DNA from: Bryobacteraceae bacterium
Lineage (GTDB): Bacteria; Acidobacteriota; Terriglobia; Bryobacterales; Bryobacteraceae
Assembly (NCBI GenBank): GCA_035948775.1
Contig: DASZIV010000114.1
Location: 130,263-194,262 of the forward strand
Direction: 5' to 3'
DNA length: 64,000 bases
Shown here: positions 18,953 through 28,542 of the stretch, piece by piece
Layout of the letters: the number at the start of each line of letters is the position of its first letter
How positions within the stretch are numbered: position 1 is the stretch's first letter
Translations under genes and position numbers: made by a program
The notes under the pieces: model-generated
What the model was told of the DNA's origin: nothing
Databases searched by the model: none
What the model saw: only the letters and a program-made list of their open reading frames with translations

Positions 18953-20818
18953 ATGAGTACGCTGAAGATTGCCATTCGAACCACGACGGCCGCATCGTGT
19001 GCCGCCTTACTTTTGGCGTGTACCGCCTTGCTTTTGGCCCAGGACCAGAGTCCTCAAGGTGAAAAGTCGAAGCAGGCCAAGGCCCAGAATATCGCGCGAA
19101 CCTTTGAGCTCAACGCCCGTACGATTACCCTGTTCAATCGCCAGGGTAAGGAACTGAGGCGAGTTGGAGCGCGCGGGATGTACGGAGCGGTGGTGTTATC
19201 CCCCGACGCCAAGCGACTCGCGGTGCTCAAGGCCGACTTAGAGAAAGAGAATCAGGACGTCTGGGTGGTAGACTTGGCCACCGGCGCCAGCACGCAGATC
19301 ACTTCAGGCCAATCGCGGGAGTTCTCCGTGAGTCCGGTCTGGTCGCCGGACGGAAGCCAGCTTGCCTACGTGGCCTTGCGCGGCGGCAGCTTCGAAATCT
19401 GCCGGAAGGCTTCGAACGGACAAGGCGCCGAAGAAGTTCTTTACAAACTGCCCGGCATCGCGCAGCCCACCGATTGGTCCTCCGACGGGCGATTCCTGAG
19501 CATCTCCTCCAGCGATCTCAGCGGCGGCGTCCTGTCCGCGCTACCGCTGACAGGTTCGGGCGAGCGAAAGCTCATCGAAATCTTTCGCAGCCCAAAGCAG
19601 ATGCAGGGCGGCCGGCTGTCTCCCGATGGCCGTCTGTTGGTTTACTTTTCCAATGAGACCGGAAAGAACGAAATGTATGTGCGGCGGTTCGATCCGATCG
19701 CGGGTGCGGGGGACCCCGCGGGTCCGTGGCAGATCTCCGATCAGGGGGGCCTGGGCGGCGGTTTCTGGCGCGGGGACGGTAAAGAAGTCTATTATCTGGC
19801 GGCGGACCGAAGCATCGCCGCTGTCACTGTCACCACCGCACCGGCCATCGCATTCGGAAAGCCCAAGATTCTGTTCCGTATTCCCGATTCGATCGGGCCT
19901 ACCGCGGGCGATATCAGCCGCGACGGCGAACTGATGGTGATGACCGTGCCGCCGCCGCAACTCCGGCAGCTCACTATATTCGATCGCGAGGGCAAGGTGG
20001 TGAAAACGGTGGGAGAGCCCGGGCTCTTCGTCCAGCCCCATCTTTCGACCGACGGGAGCAAGATTGCGGTCATGAAGGTTGATCCGGAGACCTCCAACCA
20101 GGACATCTGGACGTACGATGTCGCGACAGGTGCAGGTCACGCGGTCACTCACGACAGGTGGCCGCACAACGCACCCGTCTGGGCATCGGATGGCAAGAGT
20201 GTGCTGTATGTGACCACGCGCGACAGCTACTCCAGCATCTACCGTAGAGCGTGGGATGGAACCGGCGAGGAGGAACAGCTATTCCGCTACACTCCGGGAG
20301 CAGGGATGGTTATGACGGACGCCTCGGCGGACGGAAAATTTGTCACCTTCTACACCGGAGTTATGGTGCTGGTGCCACTCCGTCCGGAGGAGAAGGCGCT
20401 GGACCGTAAAGCCATTGACTGGTTGCGGGAAGACTACGACGTGGTGGGAGGACGTTTTTCCCCAGACGAACGATTGGTGGCGTATGCGTCCAACGAAACC
20501 GACGTCAATTCCCTGGAAGTCTATGTGCGGCCGTTCGATGCCGGTAAGCCGGACACACCGCCGCCCGGTAAGGCGGTACAGGTTTCGAAGAACGGAGCCT
20601 CGGGTATGATCAACTGGCGACAAGACGGCAAGGAACTCTACTATATGACTCGCGACTGGGAAGTGATGTCGGTCGACGTTACTACGAGTCCGACGTTACA
20701 GACGGGGAGTCCGAAGGTTCTGTTCAAGCTGCCGGGGCCGCTGGTGGGGAATCCGCCGCAATGGAAGAATGTCAGTGGTGACGGCCAGCGCTTTGTATTC
20801 GCCATGCCCGCTCGCTGA
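18953..20818 (+). CDS. TolB-like PD40/WD40 beta-propeller protein (periplasmic)
   Basis: Repeated PD40 signatures: 'WSPDGSQLAYV', 'LSPDGRLLVYFSNETGKNEMYV', 'FSPDERLVAYASNETDVNSLEVYV', 'WRQDGKELYY'. The ATG at 18953 follows 'aggaggg'. Confidence 0.8.
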   Translation: MSTLKIAIRTTTAASCAALLLACTALLLAQDQSPQGEKSKQAKAQNIARTFELNARTITLFNRQGKELRRVGARGMYGAVVLSPDAKRLAVLKADLEKENQDVWVVDLATGASTQITSGQSREFSVSPVWSPDGSQLAYVALRGGSFEICRKASNGQGAEEVLYKLPGIAQPTDWSSDGRFLSISSSDLSGGVLSALPLTGSGERKLIEIFRSPKQMQGGRLSPDGRLLVYFSNETGKNEMYVRRFDPIAGAGDPAGPWQISDQGGLGGGFWRGDGKEVYYLAADRSIAAVTVTTAPAIAFGKPKILFRIPDSIGPTAGDISRDGELMVMTVPPPQLRQLTIFDREGKVVKTVGEPGLFVQPHLSTDGSKIAVMKVDPETSNQDIWTYDVATGAGHAVTHDRWPHNAPVWASDGKSVLYVTTRDSYSSIYRRAWDGTGEEEQLFRYTPGAGMVMTDASADGKFVTFYTGVMVLVPLRPEEKALDRKAIDWLREDYDVVGGRFSPDERLVAYASNETDVNSLEVYVRPFDAGKPDTPPPGKAVQVSKNGASGMINWRQDGKELYYMTRDWEVMSVDVTTSPTLQTGSPKVLFKLPGPLVGNPPQWKNVSGDGQRFVFAMPAR

Positions 20819-21002
20819 ACGGTTTTCAACGAGTCAAGAGGTGGTGGCGTCACCGTCTTTCTGACTTTTTCTGCCCTCCTGGATCAAGCAGTTAACCGTT
20901 TCCGGCCGCTACTCGCCGGCATCACCGGCTACTGTGGAAGTGCCCACGGCCGAATCGCTGGGCCTCGATTCCAATACGGCAACTCATTGAATGGAGAAAG
21001 AT

Positions 21003-21113
21003 ATGTCAGAAGATGGCGAGCTGATCCGTCCTCTAAGCAAACCAACAACGCCCGCGGCTAGACCGAAGAAAGCTGGCAAGAAGTCCAAGAAGAAGACGAC
21101 GAAAAGGCGATGA
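21003..21113 (+). CDS. possible 36-aa lysine-rich small protein
   Basis: 'ggag' lies 7 nt upstream of the ATG. Product is MSEDGELIRPLSKPTTPAARPKKAGKKSKKKTTKRR. It is below the ORF-track size cut-off and has no homology support. Confidence 0.3.
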   Translation: MSEDGELIRPLSKPTTPAARPKKAGKKSKKKTTKRR

Positions 21114-21167
21114 CACCGGGGCCATTTGACGCGCAGTGCGAGATCGGCAGTGGTCGCCAGTTACAGC

Positions 21168-22868
21168 TCAGCCCGCGATCGACTTCCAGTTCTTCACCAG
21201 GCGCTCCGCCGACCGCCAGGCGAGCGCCTGCACGGTGAGTGTCGGATTCCTGGCACCGCTTGTACCCATTACCGACGCCCCCAGAATGCCGAGATTGGGA
21301 GCTTCATAAGAGAAGCCCCAACCATCTACGACGTTGGTTTCGGAATTGGCACCCATGCGCGTGCCGCCATAAGCATGCGTCGAAATGGCTGGTCCGTTGG
21401 CCGGCGGCGCGAACACATCGATCGCGCCGGCCGCGCGGAACCATTCCTCCATCTTGCGATTCGCGAACCCCACGGCGCGCTGCTCATTCTGCCGGGGCGC
21501 AGTGGTGATCCGGCAGACCGGATCGCCGAGCGGGTCGCGCACTTCCGAATCGAGATCGAGAAACGTGGTCTCGTAGGGGAAGGTGGATGTCTGTAGGTAG
21601 GCCGAGGTCCAGCGGCAGGCGTTCTCCCGGATGAATGATTTCCAGCGGGAACCCCACGCCGGCGCCTGTCCGAAGGTGTCGATGGAAGCGGCGTCGATGG
21701 GGTGTGTTTCGGTGTGTACGTGCAGAGTGGTTCCGCCGATGAACCCCAGGCCCGCATGGTCGTAGTGATCGTCGGCCCAATCATCCACTGTGGCACCCTG
21801 GGCCGGCAGCCCATACCAATTGTTGATGTCGAAGGGAAACCGCCCCGTGACAAAACCCGCCCAGTGGCCGAAATAGTGCCGGCCCACTTGCCCGTGATTG
21901 TTCGACAAGCCCTTCGGATAGGCCTTGGATTTGGAAAGCAGCAGGAGACGCGAGTTCTCGTAGGTGTAGGAGGCCAGCAGAACGGCCCGCGCCGGTTGGA
22001 AATACTCCTTCCCGCTCTTTATGTAACTCACGCCGGTTATACGGCCATCGGCGCCGGCCACAATGCGGGTTACCTGCGCATAGTCGAAGATCGTGAGGTT
22101 CTTGGTCTTGACGGCTTCGGGAATGGTCGTGATCGCAGTGGACCCCTTGGCGCCGATGTGGCAGCCGCCGCGGTTGCAATAGCCGTGGTAGACACACCCC
22201 GGCCGCCCGCGATACGGTTGCGAGTTGATGGCCGCGGGAGCCTGGAATGGGTGCCAGCCCAACTTGCGTGCGGCGTCCGCCATGCGTTCGCTGAACTCCG
22301 TGCCGCGCAGCGGTGGCATGGGATACTCGCGTTTTCGCGGCGCTTCGAAAATGTTGCCGGCCGGATCGATCTTGCCCTGGAGATTGCCGGCTTTCCCGGA
22401 CACACCGATTTCGTACTCGATGAGGTCGTAGTAAGGCTCGAGCTCGTCGTAAGTGACCGGCCAATCTTCGAGCGTCGACCCCGCCGGAATCGATGCCTGC
22501 CCATAGCGCTTAATCGCCTCGCTCCGCGTCCTGAAGTCCCAGGGCTTCAAACGCCAGCTTTGGGCCCAATAGTGAATCGACGTGCCGCCGACCGCGTTCA
22601 TCATGGGATGGTTCGCAATTCGCTGCGTGGGCGACGACGGGCTTTGGCGGATGGTGGGAATCTCGCGCTTGGCTTTGGGGACGGAGGTCACCATGCCGCG
22701 CACGTTGTTGCCGATCTCGTCGGGCCGGAAGCTATGCGGGTCCATCCAGCCCCCCGCCTCGATTCCCGCGATGGTCAGACCGGCGCGGGCTAACGGCAAC
22801 ACGGCGACACCGCCCGCGGCGCCCAAGCCGATCACTGCGACGTCGACCGGTTTAAGGCTAATGGCCAC
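21168..22868 (-). CDS. GMC family FAD-dependent oxidoreductase (gluconate 2-dehydrogenase flavoprotein-subunit-like)
   Basis: N-terminal 'VDVAVIGLGAAGG' Rossmann motif and C-terminal 'HAYGGTRMG'. It overlaps the start of the small-subunit gene. Confidence 0.85.
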   Translation of the reverse strand: MAISLKPVDVAVIGLGAAGGVAVLPLARAGLTIAGIEAGGWMDPHSFRPDEIGNNVRGMVTSVPKAKREIPTIRQSPSSPTQRIANHPMMNAVGGTSIHYWAQSWRLKPWDFRTRSEAIKRYGQASIPAGSTLEDWPVTYDELEPYYDLIEYEIGVSGKAGNLQGKIDPAGNIFEAPRKREYPMPPLRGTEFSERMADAARKLGWHPFQAPAAINSQPYRGRPGCVYHGYCNRGGCHIGAKGSTAITTIPEAVKTKNLTIFDYAQVTRIVAGADGRITGVSYIKSGKEYFQPARAVLLASYTYENSRLLLLSKSKAYPKGLSNNHGQVGRHYFGHWAGFVTGRFPFDINNWYGLPAQGATVDDWADDHYDHAGLGFIGGTTLHVHTETHPIDAASIDTFGQAPAWGSRWKSFIRENACRWTSAYLQTSTFPYETTFLDLDSEVRDPLGDPVCRITTAPRQNEQRAVGFANRKMEEWFRAAGAIDVFAPPANGPAISTHAYGGTRMGANSETNVVDGWGFSYEAPNLGILGASVMGTSGARNPTLTVQALAWRSAERLVKNWKSIAG

Positions 22869-23460
22869 GATTCGAACCGTAGGCGGACTGATGCAGCGGC
22901 TTCGGCAGGCTGGTCATCTTCTGATCCTCGGGGCCGACTGCGAGCCGCGGACCCGGATAACGGATGAGGTCCCAACCGGCGAAGTTCTTGTTGCCGCCGT
23001 AAGAAGGATCGCCGAAAGTACCTTCCAGCGTTAAGCGTCGTACCCGGTTGAAGAAGGCTCGTGCGCTGGGGAATCCGGGGGCGTCTCCGGCTTCCAGCGC
23101 GGTGAGCAGAGCATCCTTGTTGTCCGGCACCAGTTCCGCGAATGCCGAGCCGTGAGCCCGGCGGGCGAACGCATCGACAGCAGCCAGCCCTTCGGTGAAC
23201 GATCCCTTTTCGGCGGCGAGGGCATCGGCCAGCGCACGATCGATGTAATTCGCCGCGCCGCATTCCAAGGCGCCCGGGCCGAGTTCATCTTTCGGAATCA
23301 GGCGGTCGACAAAGGCGTCCAGGATCTGGCGTTGGGAAACAGAGAGGGCCGTTTGGGGCGCTTGGGCCGCGGCGGTGAGGGTCGCGACGGGAATCAGCGT
23401 CGCGCTGGCGATTACGGTGCGACGCGAAAGATTGTGATTGTCGTTGTCTTCATGCTGCAT
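22858..23460 (-). CDS. gluconate 2-dehydrogenase subunit 3 family protein (Tat signal)
   Basis: 'LSRRTVIASATLIPVATLTAAAQA' is a twin-arginine signal. Size and position upstream of the GMC subunit fit, and the two genes overlap by 11 nt. Confidence 0.75.
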   Translation of the reverse strand: MQHEDNDNHNLSRRTVIASATLIPVATLTAAAQAPQTALSVSQRQILDAFVDRLIPKDELGPGALECGAANYIDRALADALAAEKGSFTEGLAAVDAFARRAHGSAFAELVPDNKDALLTALEAGDAPGFPSARAFFNRVRRLTLEGTFGDPSYGGNKNFAGWDLIRYPGPRLAVGPEDQKMTSLPKPLHQSAYGSNRGH

Positions 23461-23473
23461 AGGCGATCCTGTG

Positions 23474-24235
23474 CTACTTCTTCGCCGGCAGGAAGCGGCG
23501 GATTCCCACGTCGTACGCCGCGGCCCCGATCAAGCCACCCAGCAAGGGACCCACAATCGGTACCCAGAAGACGCCGGTCCCGTCGGTGAGACCGTTGTTC
23601 TTGAAGCCCGCCACCGCGGTGAACAGCCGAGGCCCGAAGTCGCGCGCGGGATTGATGGCGAAACCGTGGAGGCCGCCAAACCCCATGCCGATCACCACCA
23701 CAATCGCCCCAATGATCACCGGCGTCAGGTTGGCGCCGACCGGCTGGTTGCGCTCATCAATAACCGCAAAGATCATGAACAGCAAAAGCGCCGTCCCGAT
23801 GGTTTGATCCAGCAACCCCGCCGAAAGAATATGCGGGAATGCCGGGAACGTGGTGAAGACTCCGGCTGTATGTTCCAGGCTCGGATCAAACACCTGGAAC
23901 TGGGGACGGTAGTTCCAATAGACGATGGCGGCGGCTACAAATGCTCCCGCCACCTGAGCCACCCAGTACGGGATTACTTTCTTCCAGGAAAATCCGCGAA
24001 AGGCCGCCACGGCAAGCGTCACGGCCGGATTGATATGCGCGCCGGAAATCCGGCCGGCTACATAAACGCCCATGGTAACGGCGAGTCCCCAACCCAACGT
24101 AATGTTGGTGTACCCGCCGTTCACGATTTCGCCGGGAGTGCCGTGGCCAAATAAAACTACCATGGCCACGATGCCATTCCCGAAAAGAATCAGAATCAGA
24201 GTCCCAAAGAATTCGGCAGCCAGTTCCGGGAGCAT
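23474..24235 (-). CDS. glpF: MIP family channel, aquaglyceroporin-like
   Basis: Two NPA boxes ('HINPAVTLA' and 'INPARDFGPR'). The Asp after the second NPAR is typical of GlpF-type channels. Confidence 0.8.
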   Translation of the reverse strand: MLPELAAEFFGTLILILFGNGIVAMVVLFGHGTPGEIVNGGYTNITLGWGLAVTMGVYVAGRISGAHINPAVTLAVAAFRGFSWKKVIPYWVAQVAGAFVAAAIVYWNYRPQFQVFDPSLEHTAGVFTTFPAFPHILSAGLLDQTIGTALLLFMIFAVIDERNQPVGANLTPVIIGAIVVVIGMGFGGLHGFAINPARDFGPRLFTAVAGFKNNGLTDGTGVFWVPIVGPLLGGLIGAAAYDVGIRRFLPAKK

Positions 24236-24241
24236 CGAGCG

Positions 24242-25444
24242 TTACGCCACCTTCCGCAATTTGGTGACGCGGCCGATTTCCACCCACTCCGTCACGAAGA
24301 TGTTGCCGGTGTGGTCGAACCATGCGCCATGCGGCGTGATGAATTTGCCGGGCTCGAAATCGGCGCGGTTTTCACTCACGCGGAGCTGGTTCTGTTTGCC
24401 CTGATAGTCGCCATCGCCCATGTGCACGATGACCCTGTTGTCTTTGTCGAGCAGCGTTACCCGGGACTGCAGGTCCGGAACAACGAGCATGTCCTTCAAC
24501 TGATGGAAGTGGCAGGGTGCCTTCGTGCCTTCGACGATGTCGATCGGCTTGTCGTCCAGGGTATAGCGGACGATGCGGCGGTTGCCGCGGTCGGCCACCA
24601 TGAGAACCGGCTTGGCGGCGTCGCGCGTATCGAGCCAGACCCCGTGGGGGTTGTTCATGGTCTCGATGGGAGCGTTAACGGGACCGCTCGGAGGAGGACC
24701 ACCCGCGCCCGGGCCACCGCCCGGAGCTGCGCCTGGACCACCGGGGCCACGACCGGGACCACCTCGACCCGGACCGCCGGGACCGCCCCGGCCTTGGCCT
24801 TCGGCCTGCGGCGGTCGCCCGCCGAATGTTCGCACCAACTCCGGATACGATCCCTTCTGCGTGTAGTGGAACATGTAATAAGAGCCGTAACCATCGCCCA
24901 CCCAGAAATCTCCATTGGATGCGATGGCCATGTTGGTGGGGCGGTAGTTCAAACCGGCCGCGCCGCCGGGGCCGTTGGAGCCGGGTCCCTTTTGATAGAT
25001 CGGCGAAGCCTGCGGATAACCCATGGTCCACACTTCTTCGCCTTTCAGCGTGCGCTTGGTGACGATTCCGTGCTTCTCGTCGCAGAAGTAAAGATACTCG
25101 TTCTTGCCCTCTTTGCTGATGTGCATGCCGTGTGCGCCGCCTTTGAACATGGCGCCGAACGACCGCACGAATTTGCCTTTGTTATCGAAAACCACCACCG
25201 CATCGGGACTCTGGCTCGTGGAGTGAACCGTGTGGTGAATGTAAATATGCCCTTGAGAATCTTCGACCACGCTATGCGTATTGCCGTACTTGATGTTGGA
25301 CGGCAGTTCGCCCCAGTCGTGGATGCATTCGTACTTGTGTTCGCCTTCTCCCAGGATGGGATTCTTGGCGCCGGCCTTGTCATCGGCCCAGACAAACGGC
25401 GCCACGGCGCCGGCCGCTAGAAAAGTACGTCGAGTCGTTGCCAT
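24242..25444 (-). CDS. Tat-exported six-bladed beta-propeller (NHL/PAL-like) protein with a Gly/Pro-rich insertion
   Basis: 'TRRTFLAAGAVAPFVWA' signal. NHL-like blades: 'NGDFWVGDGYGS', 'VADRGNRRIVRY', 'GNIFVTEW'. A ~48-aa G/P/R insertion is present. Confidence 0.65.
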   Translation of the reverse strand: MATTRRTFLAAGAVAPFVWADDKAGAKNPILGEGEHKYECIHDWGELPSNIKYGNTHSVVEDSQGHIYIHHTVHSTSQSPDAVVVFDNKGKFVRSFGAMFKGGAHGMHISKEGKNEYLYFCDEKHGIVTKRTLKGEEVWTMGYPQASPIYQKGPGSNGPGGAAGLNYRPTNMAIASNGDFWVGDGYGSYYMFHYTQKGSYPELVRTFGGRPPQAEGQGRGGPGGPGRGGPGRGPGGPGAAPGGGPGAGGPPPSGPVNAPIETMNNPHGVWLDTRDAAKPVLMVADRGNRRIVRYTLDDKPIDIVEGTKAPCHFHQLKDMLVVPDLQSRVTLLDKDNRVIVHMGDGDYQGKQNQLRVSENRADFEPGKFITPHGAWFDHTGNIFVTEWVEIGRVTKLRKVA

Positions 25445-25503
25445 TTTTCTGAGTGCTCCTTTGTGGGGCAGCGCGATGCACTGCCCCGCCCCGAATACGG
25501 ATA

Positions 25504-26703
25504 CTATTTTGCCTTCGCCACCACTCCATGCGGATCGATGACGAATTTCTTAGCCGCGCCTTTGTCGAAATCCTTGTAACCTTGGGGCGCCTGGTCGAGC
25601 GGAATGACTGTGGCGTTAACCGCCTTGGCGATCTGCACCTTATCGTGCAGGATGGCCATCATCAACGAGCGGTTATAGCGCAACACGGGGCATTGGCCGG
25701 TGGTGAAGTTGTGCGACTTGGCCCAGCCGAGGCCGATACGGATGCTCAGATTGCCGGTCTTCGCGGCGCTGTCCACGCCACCAGGATCGTCTGTGACATA
25801 CAGGCCCGGGATGCCGATAGAGCCGCCCGCGCGCGTGATCGTCATTACGGAGTTCAGCACCGTGGCCGGGCGCTCGACGCCTGCATCGCCACCATGACCG
25901 CGTGCTTCGAAACCGACACAATCTACAGCGGAATCTACTTCCGGCACGCCCAGGATCTGCGCGATCTGATCGCCCAATGAAGCATCCTTGCGGAGATCGA
26001 TGGTTTCGCAGCCAAAGCTCTTGGCCTGCTTCAGGCGGTCTTCAATCATGTCGCCCACGATTACCACGGCCGCGCCCAACAGAAGGGCCGAAGCCGCGGA
26101 AGCCAGGCCAACCGGACCGGCGCCGGCGATGTAGACGGTCGAGCCGGTGGTCACGCCAGCGGTCAACGCGCCATGATAGCCGGTGGGAAAGATGTCCGAA
26201 AGCATGGTGAGATCCTTGATCTTCGCCATGGCCTTTTCTTTATTTGGGAACTTGATGAGATTGAAGTCGGCATACGGAACCATGACGAATTCCGCCTGAC
26301 CGCCGACCCAGCCGCCCATATCGACGTAGCCGTAAGCAGCGCCCGGCCGAGCCGGATTTACGGTGAGACAGATCCCCGTCTTGCCTTCGCGGCAATTGCG
26401 ACAGCGGCCGCAGGCGATGTTGAACGGCACGGTGCAGATGTCACCGATATTCAGAAACTCAACGTCACTACCCTTCTCGATAATCTCGCCGGTGATTTCA
26501 TGACCCAACACCAGACCGGCCGGCGCCGTAGTGCGTCCGCGGACCATGTGCTGATCCGATCCGCAAATGTTCGTCGAAACGATCTTCAAGATTACGGCGT
26601 GATCTAACTTTTTCCCCGCCGGACTTTGCAGCTTGGGATAGTCGATCGATTGGACCTCGACCTTACCGGGTCCCATATAAACTACTCCGCGATTGTTAGC
26701 CAT
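25504..26703 (-). CDS. fdhA: glutathione-independent formaldehyde dehydrogenase (Zn-dependent MDR family)
   Basis: 'NRGVVYMGPGKVEVQSIDYPKL...HAVILKIVSTNICGSDQHMVRGRTTA' closely matches my memory of Pseudomonas-type FdhA. 'CGRCRNCREGKTGIC' is the structural zinc site and 'IAGAGPVGL' the NAD motif. Confidence 0.85.
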   Translation of the reverse strand: MANNRGVVYMGPGKVEVQSIDYPKLQSPAGKKLDHAVILKIVSTNICGSDQHMVRGRTTAPAGLVLGHEITGEIIEKGSDVEFLNIGDICTVPFNIACGRCRNCREGKTGICLTVNPARPGAAYGYVDMGGWVGGQAEFVMVPYADFNLIKFPNKEKAMAKIKDLTMLSDIFPTGYHGALTAGVTTGSTVYIAGAGPVGLASAASALLLGAAVVIVGDMIEDRLKQAKSFGCETIDLRKDASLGDQIAQILGVPEVDSAVDCVGFEARGHGGDAGVERPATVLNSVMTITRAGGSIGIPGLYVTDDPGGVDSAAKTGNLSIRIGLGWAKSHNFTTGQCPVLRYNRSLMMAILHDKVQIAKAVNATVIPLDQAPQGYKDFDKGAAKKFVIDPHGVVAKAK

Positions 26704-26729
26704 GGATGCTCTCCTCTTTTGTCTTCAAA

Positions 26730-27125
26730 CTAAAGCGCTGCGGCGCCCGCCTCAGCCACAGCATGATCCTGGTCGCCCGATCCGCCGCTTACGCCGATCG
26801 CGCCCACCACCTTACCGTTTTGCTTCAAGGGAATCCCGCCAGCGAAGATCATGATCTTACCGTCGTTGGATGCATGGATTCCAAAAAACTGATTACCCGA
26901 TTGGGAATGGGTCGCCAAATCCTTTGTGGCGATATCGAAAGCCCGCGAGGTGTAGGCCTTCTTGATCGAAATGTCGATGCTCCCAATCCACGCGCCATCC
27001 ATACGGACGTGCGACACAAGGTTGCCGCCTTCATCCGCCACAGCGATGTTCATCGGCTGCCCGATCTCCTTGGCCTTTTTTTCAGCTGCCGCGATGATCC
27101 TACGTGCGTCCTCTAAACGAACCAT
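26730..27125 (-). CDS. GlcG/HbpS-like (DUF336) heme-binding protein
   Basis: 'ARRIIAAAEKKAKEIGQPMNIAVADEGGNLVSHVRMDGAWIGSIDISIKKAYTSRAF...GGIPL...GAIGVSGGS'. Start set at the internal Met (27125). Confidence 0.8.
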   Translation of the reverse strand: MVRLEDARRIIAAAEKKAKEIGQPMNIAVADEGGNLVSHVRMDGAWIGSIDISIKKAYTSRAFDIATKDLATHSQSGNQFFGIHASNDGKIMIFAGGIPLKQNGKVVGAIGVSGGSGDQDHAVAEAGAAAL

Positions 27126-27216
27126 ATTGACTCGCTTTCCTTCCCGATCAGATTGTTGGATTTTCGGCCTCACGCATTATACACCCCACCGGCGTAGGTA
27201 TGGTGACGAGTGGGTG

Positions 27217-27933
27217 CTATTGCGCGCGTACGGCAGCTGGTGGCGTCTCAGCGGCCTTCGCTGCGGCAGCGGAATCGGGAGGCAGTAACCACAAGGTTGC
27301 TCCCTCCGGCATGCCGCGGATGAACGTACCCGCGGGAAGATCGAGCGGTGTCCGGAGAAGAAACGGATGCGCGTATTTTGCCCGGTAGTCCTTGAGCCAT
27401 AGCATAGGCTCAACTGTGCCATCCGGAAACTCGACCGTAATCCTGGCAGAAACCTTCTCAGGCACGTTTTCCGGGTACAGGCCGTCCAGCGTGAAACCGT
27501 GGTTCACTTTGAAATCGCCGGTTATCTTCAAGGCGCCATGAGGAGGCTGGAAAGTGGGGACGGCGTCCCAGGAAATCTTCGTGGGCAAATCGGCTGGCTC
27601 GCCTTCGGGGACGCCGCCGTCGGCCCAGCTTTCGATCAGTTCGATCTGCTCCGGCGTAAGCGCCTGATCGTTGCGGAAGTCTCCGAAGCCTTTGATGGCG
27701 CCCCAAGGCGGCATAGTCCGCCCCAGTACTTCTTCCTTGATCGCTTCGGCCCAAGGGCGGGCATCCGTGTACGTCGTCAGGGAAAACGCCACCCCATCCG
27801 GGTGATGACACGAAAGACAACGCGCCTGCATGATCCGGATGATTTCGCGGTCGTATGTGATGGCAGTGGTGATAATGTCGTGGGCCTGCGACACGCCTAT
27901 AGACACACCGAAGATGAGGAGAAGGCGCTTCAT
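27217..27933 (-). CDS. secreted c-type heme-binding-motif protein
   Basis: Signal peptide, a single 'CLSCH' (CxxCH), and 'MPPWG' downstream as in PSCyt-like domains. Confidence 0.6.
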   Translation of the reverse strand: MKRLLLIFGVSIGVSQAHDIITTAITYDREIIRIMQARCLSCHHPDGVAFSLTTYTDARPWAEAIKEEVLGRTMPPWGAIKGFGDFRNDQALTPEQIELIESWADGGVPEGEPADLPTKISWDAVPTFQPPHGALKITGDFKVNHGFTLDGLYPENVPEKVSARITVEFPDGTVEPMLWLKDYRAKYAHPFLLRTPLDLPAGTFIRGMPEGATLWLLPPDSAAAAKAAETPPAAVRAQ

Positions 27934-28080
27934 GGGCCAGCCCCGTCCATCATATCGCGGATTTGTACTAGGACGCCGCTAGAACAAACAGTCCCTACCT
28001 CTACACAACGGCCGGGTTTCAATGAAAGTGAAGCGGCCCGCCCGTTCGCGGAGCGGTTCGCTAACTACCTAGGAGGTATC

Positions 28081-28542
28081 ATGAAGGCTTTTTCCATTGG
28101 CCGGTGCGCACTCATCGGCATTTTTTCGGTCGGCGCGCCGCTATTTGCACAGGCGACGACGCCGGTTTTTTCGCAGGCGGTCACCACCGGTATCGTAACT
28201 TTCTCGCTCAATCAGTCGGCCCAACTCAACGTACTAAACCTGAGTCCGGTGCCAGTCAAAGCTGGCACTGCCCCGGTCTGCCCGGTGCAGTTAGAGTTCC
28301 GCGACGCACAGAACAACCTTTTGAAACAACTGTTGGTCAGCAATGTTCCGCCGGGAGACGCGGCTTCCTTGCTGCTCGACCGTACCGAAGCGCCCAACAC
28401 CAGCGTGTCCCGTTTTGCCATCCGCGGCGTGGTCCGTACGGGGCTGGTGACACCCTCGGCGAGCCCTATCGCCCTTAACCCTGTACGATCATGCCGACAC
28501 TGGAGATCTTTAACGACGGTACCGGCGACACGCAGCTGGTGA
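28081..28542 (+). CDS. secreted hypothetical protein (3' end may be frameshifted, see findings)
   Basis: RBS 'aggagg' lies 5 nt upstream of the ATG. Signal peptide 'MKAFSIGRCALIGIFSVGAPLFAQA'. Confidence 0.55.
   Translation: MKAFSIGRCALIGIFSVGAPLFAQATTPVFSQAVTTGIVTFSLNQSAQLNVLNLSPVPVKAGTAPVCPVQLEFRDAQNNLLKQLLVSNVPPGDAASLLLDRTEAPNTSVSRFAIRGVVRTGLVTPSASPIALNPVRSCRHWRSLTTVPATRSW

Noticed and set aside
24680-24823. The Gly/Pro tract as a collagen-like triple-helix repeat or a separate gene.
   Set aside because: There is no strict G-x-y periodicity. The tract is in frame within a continuous beta-propeller ORF.
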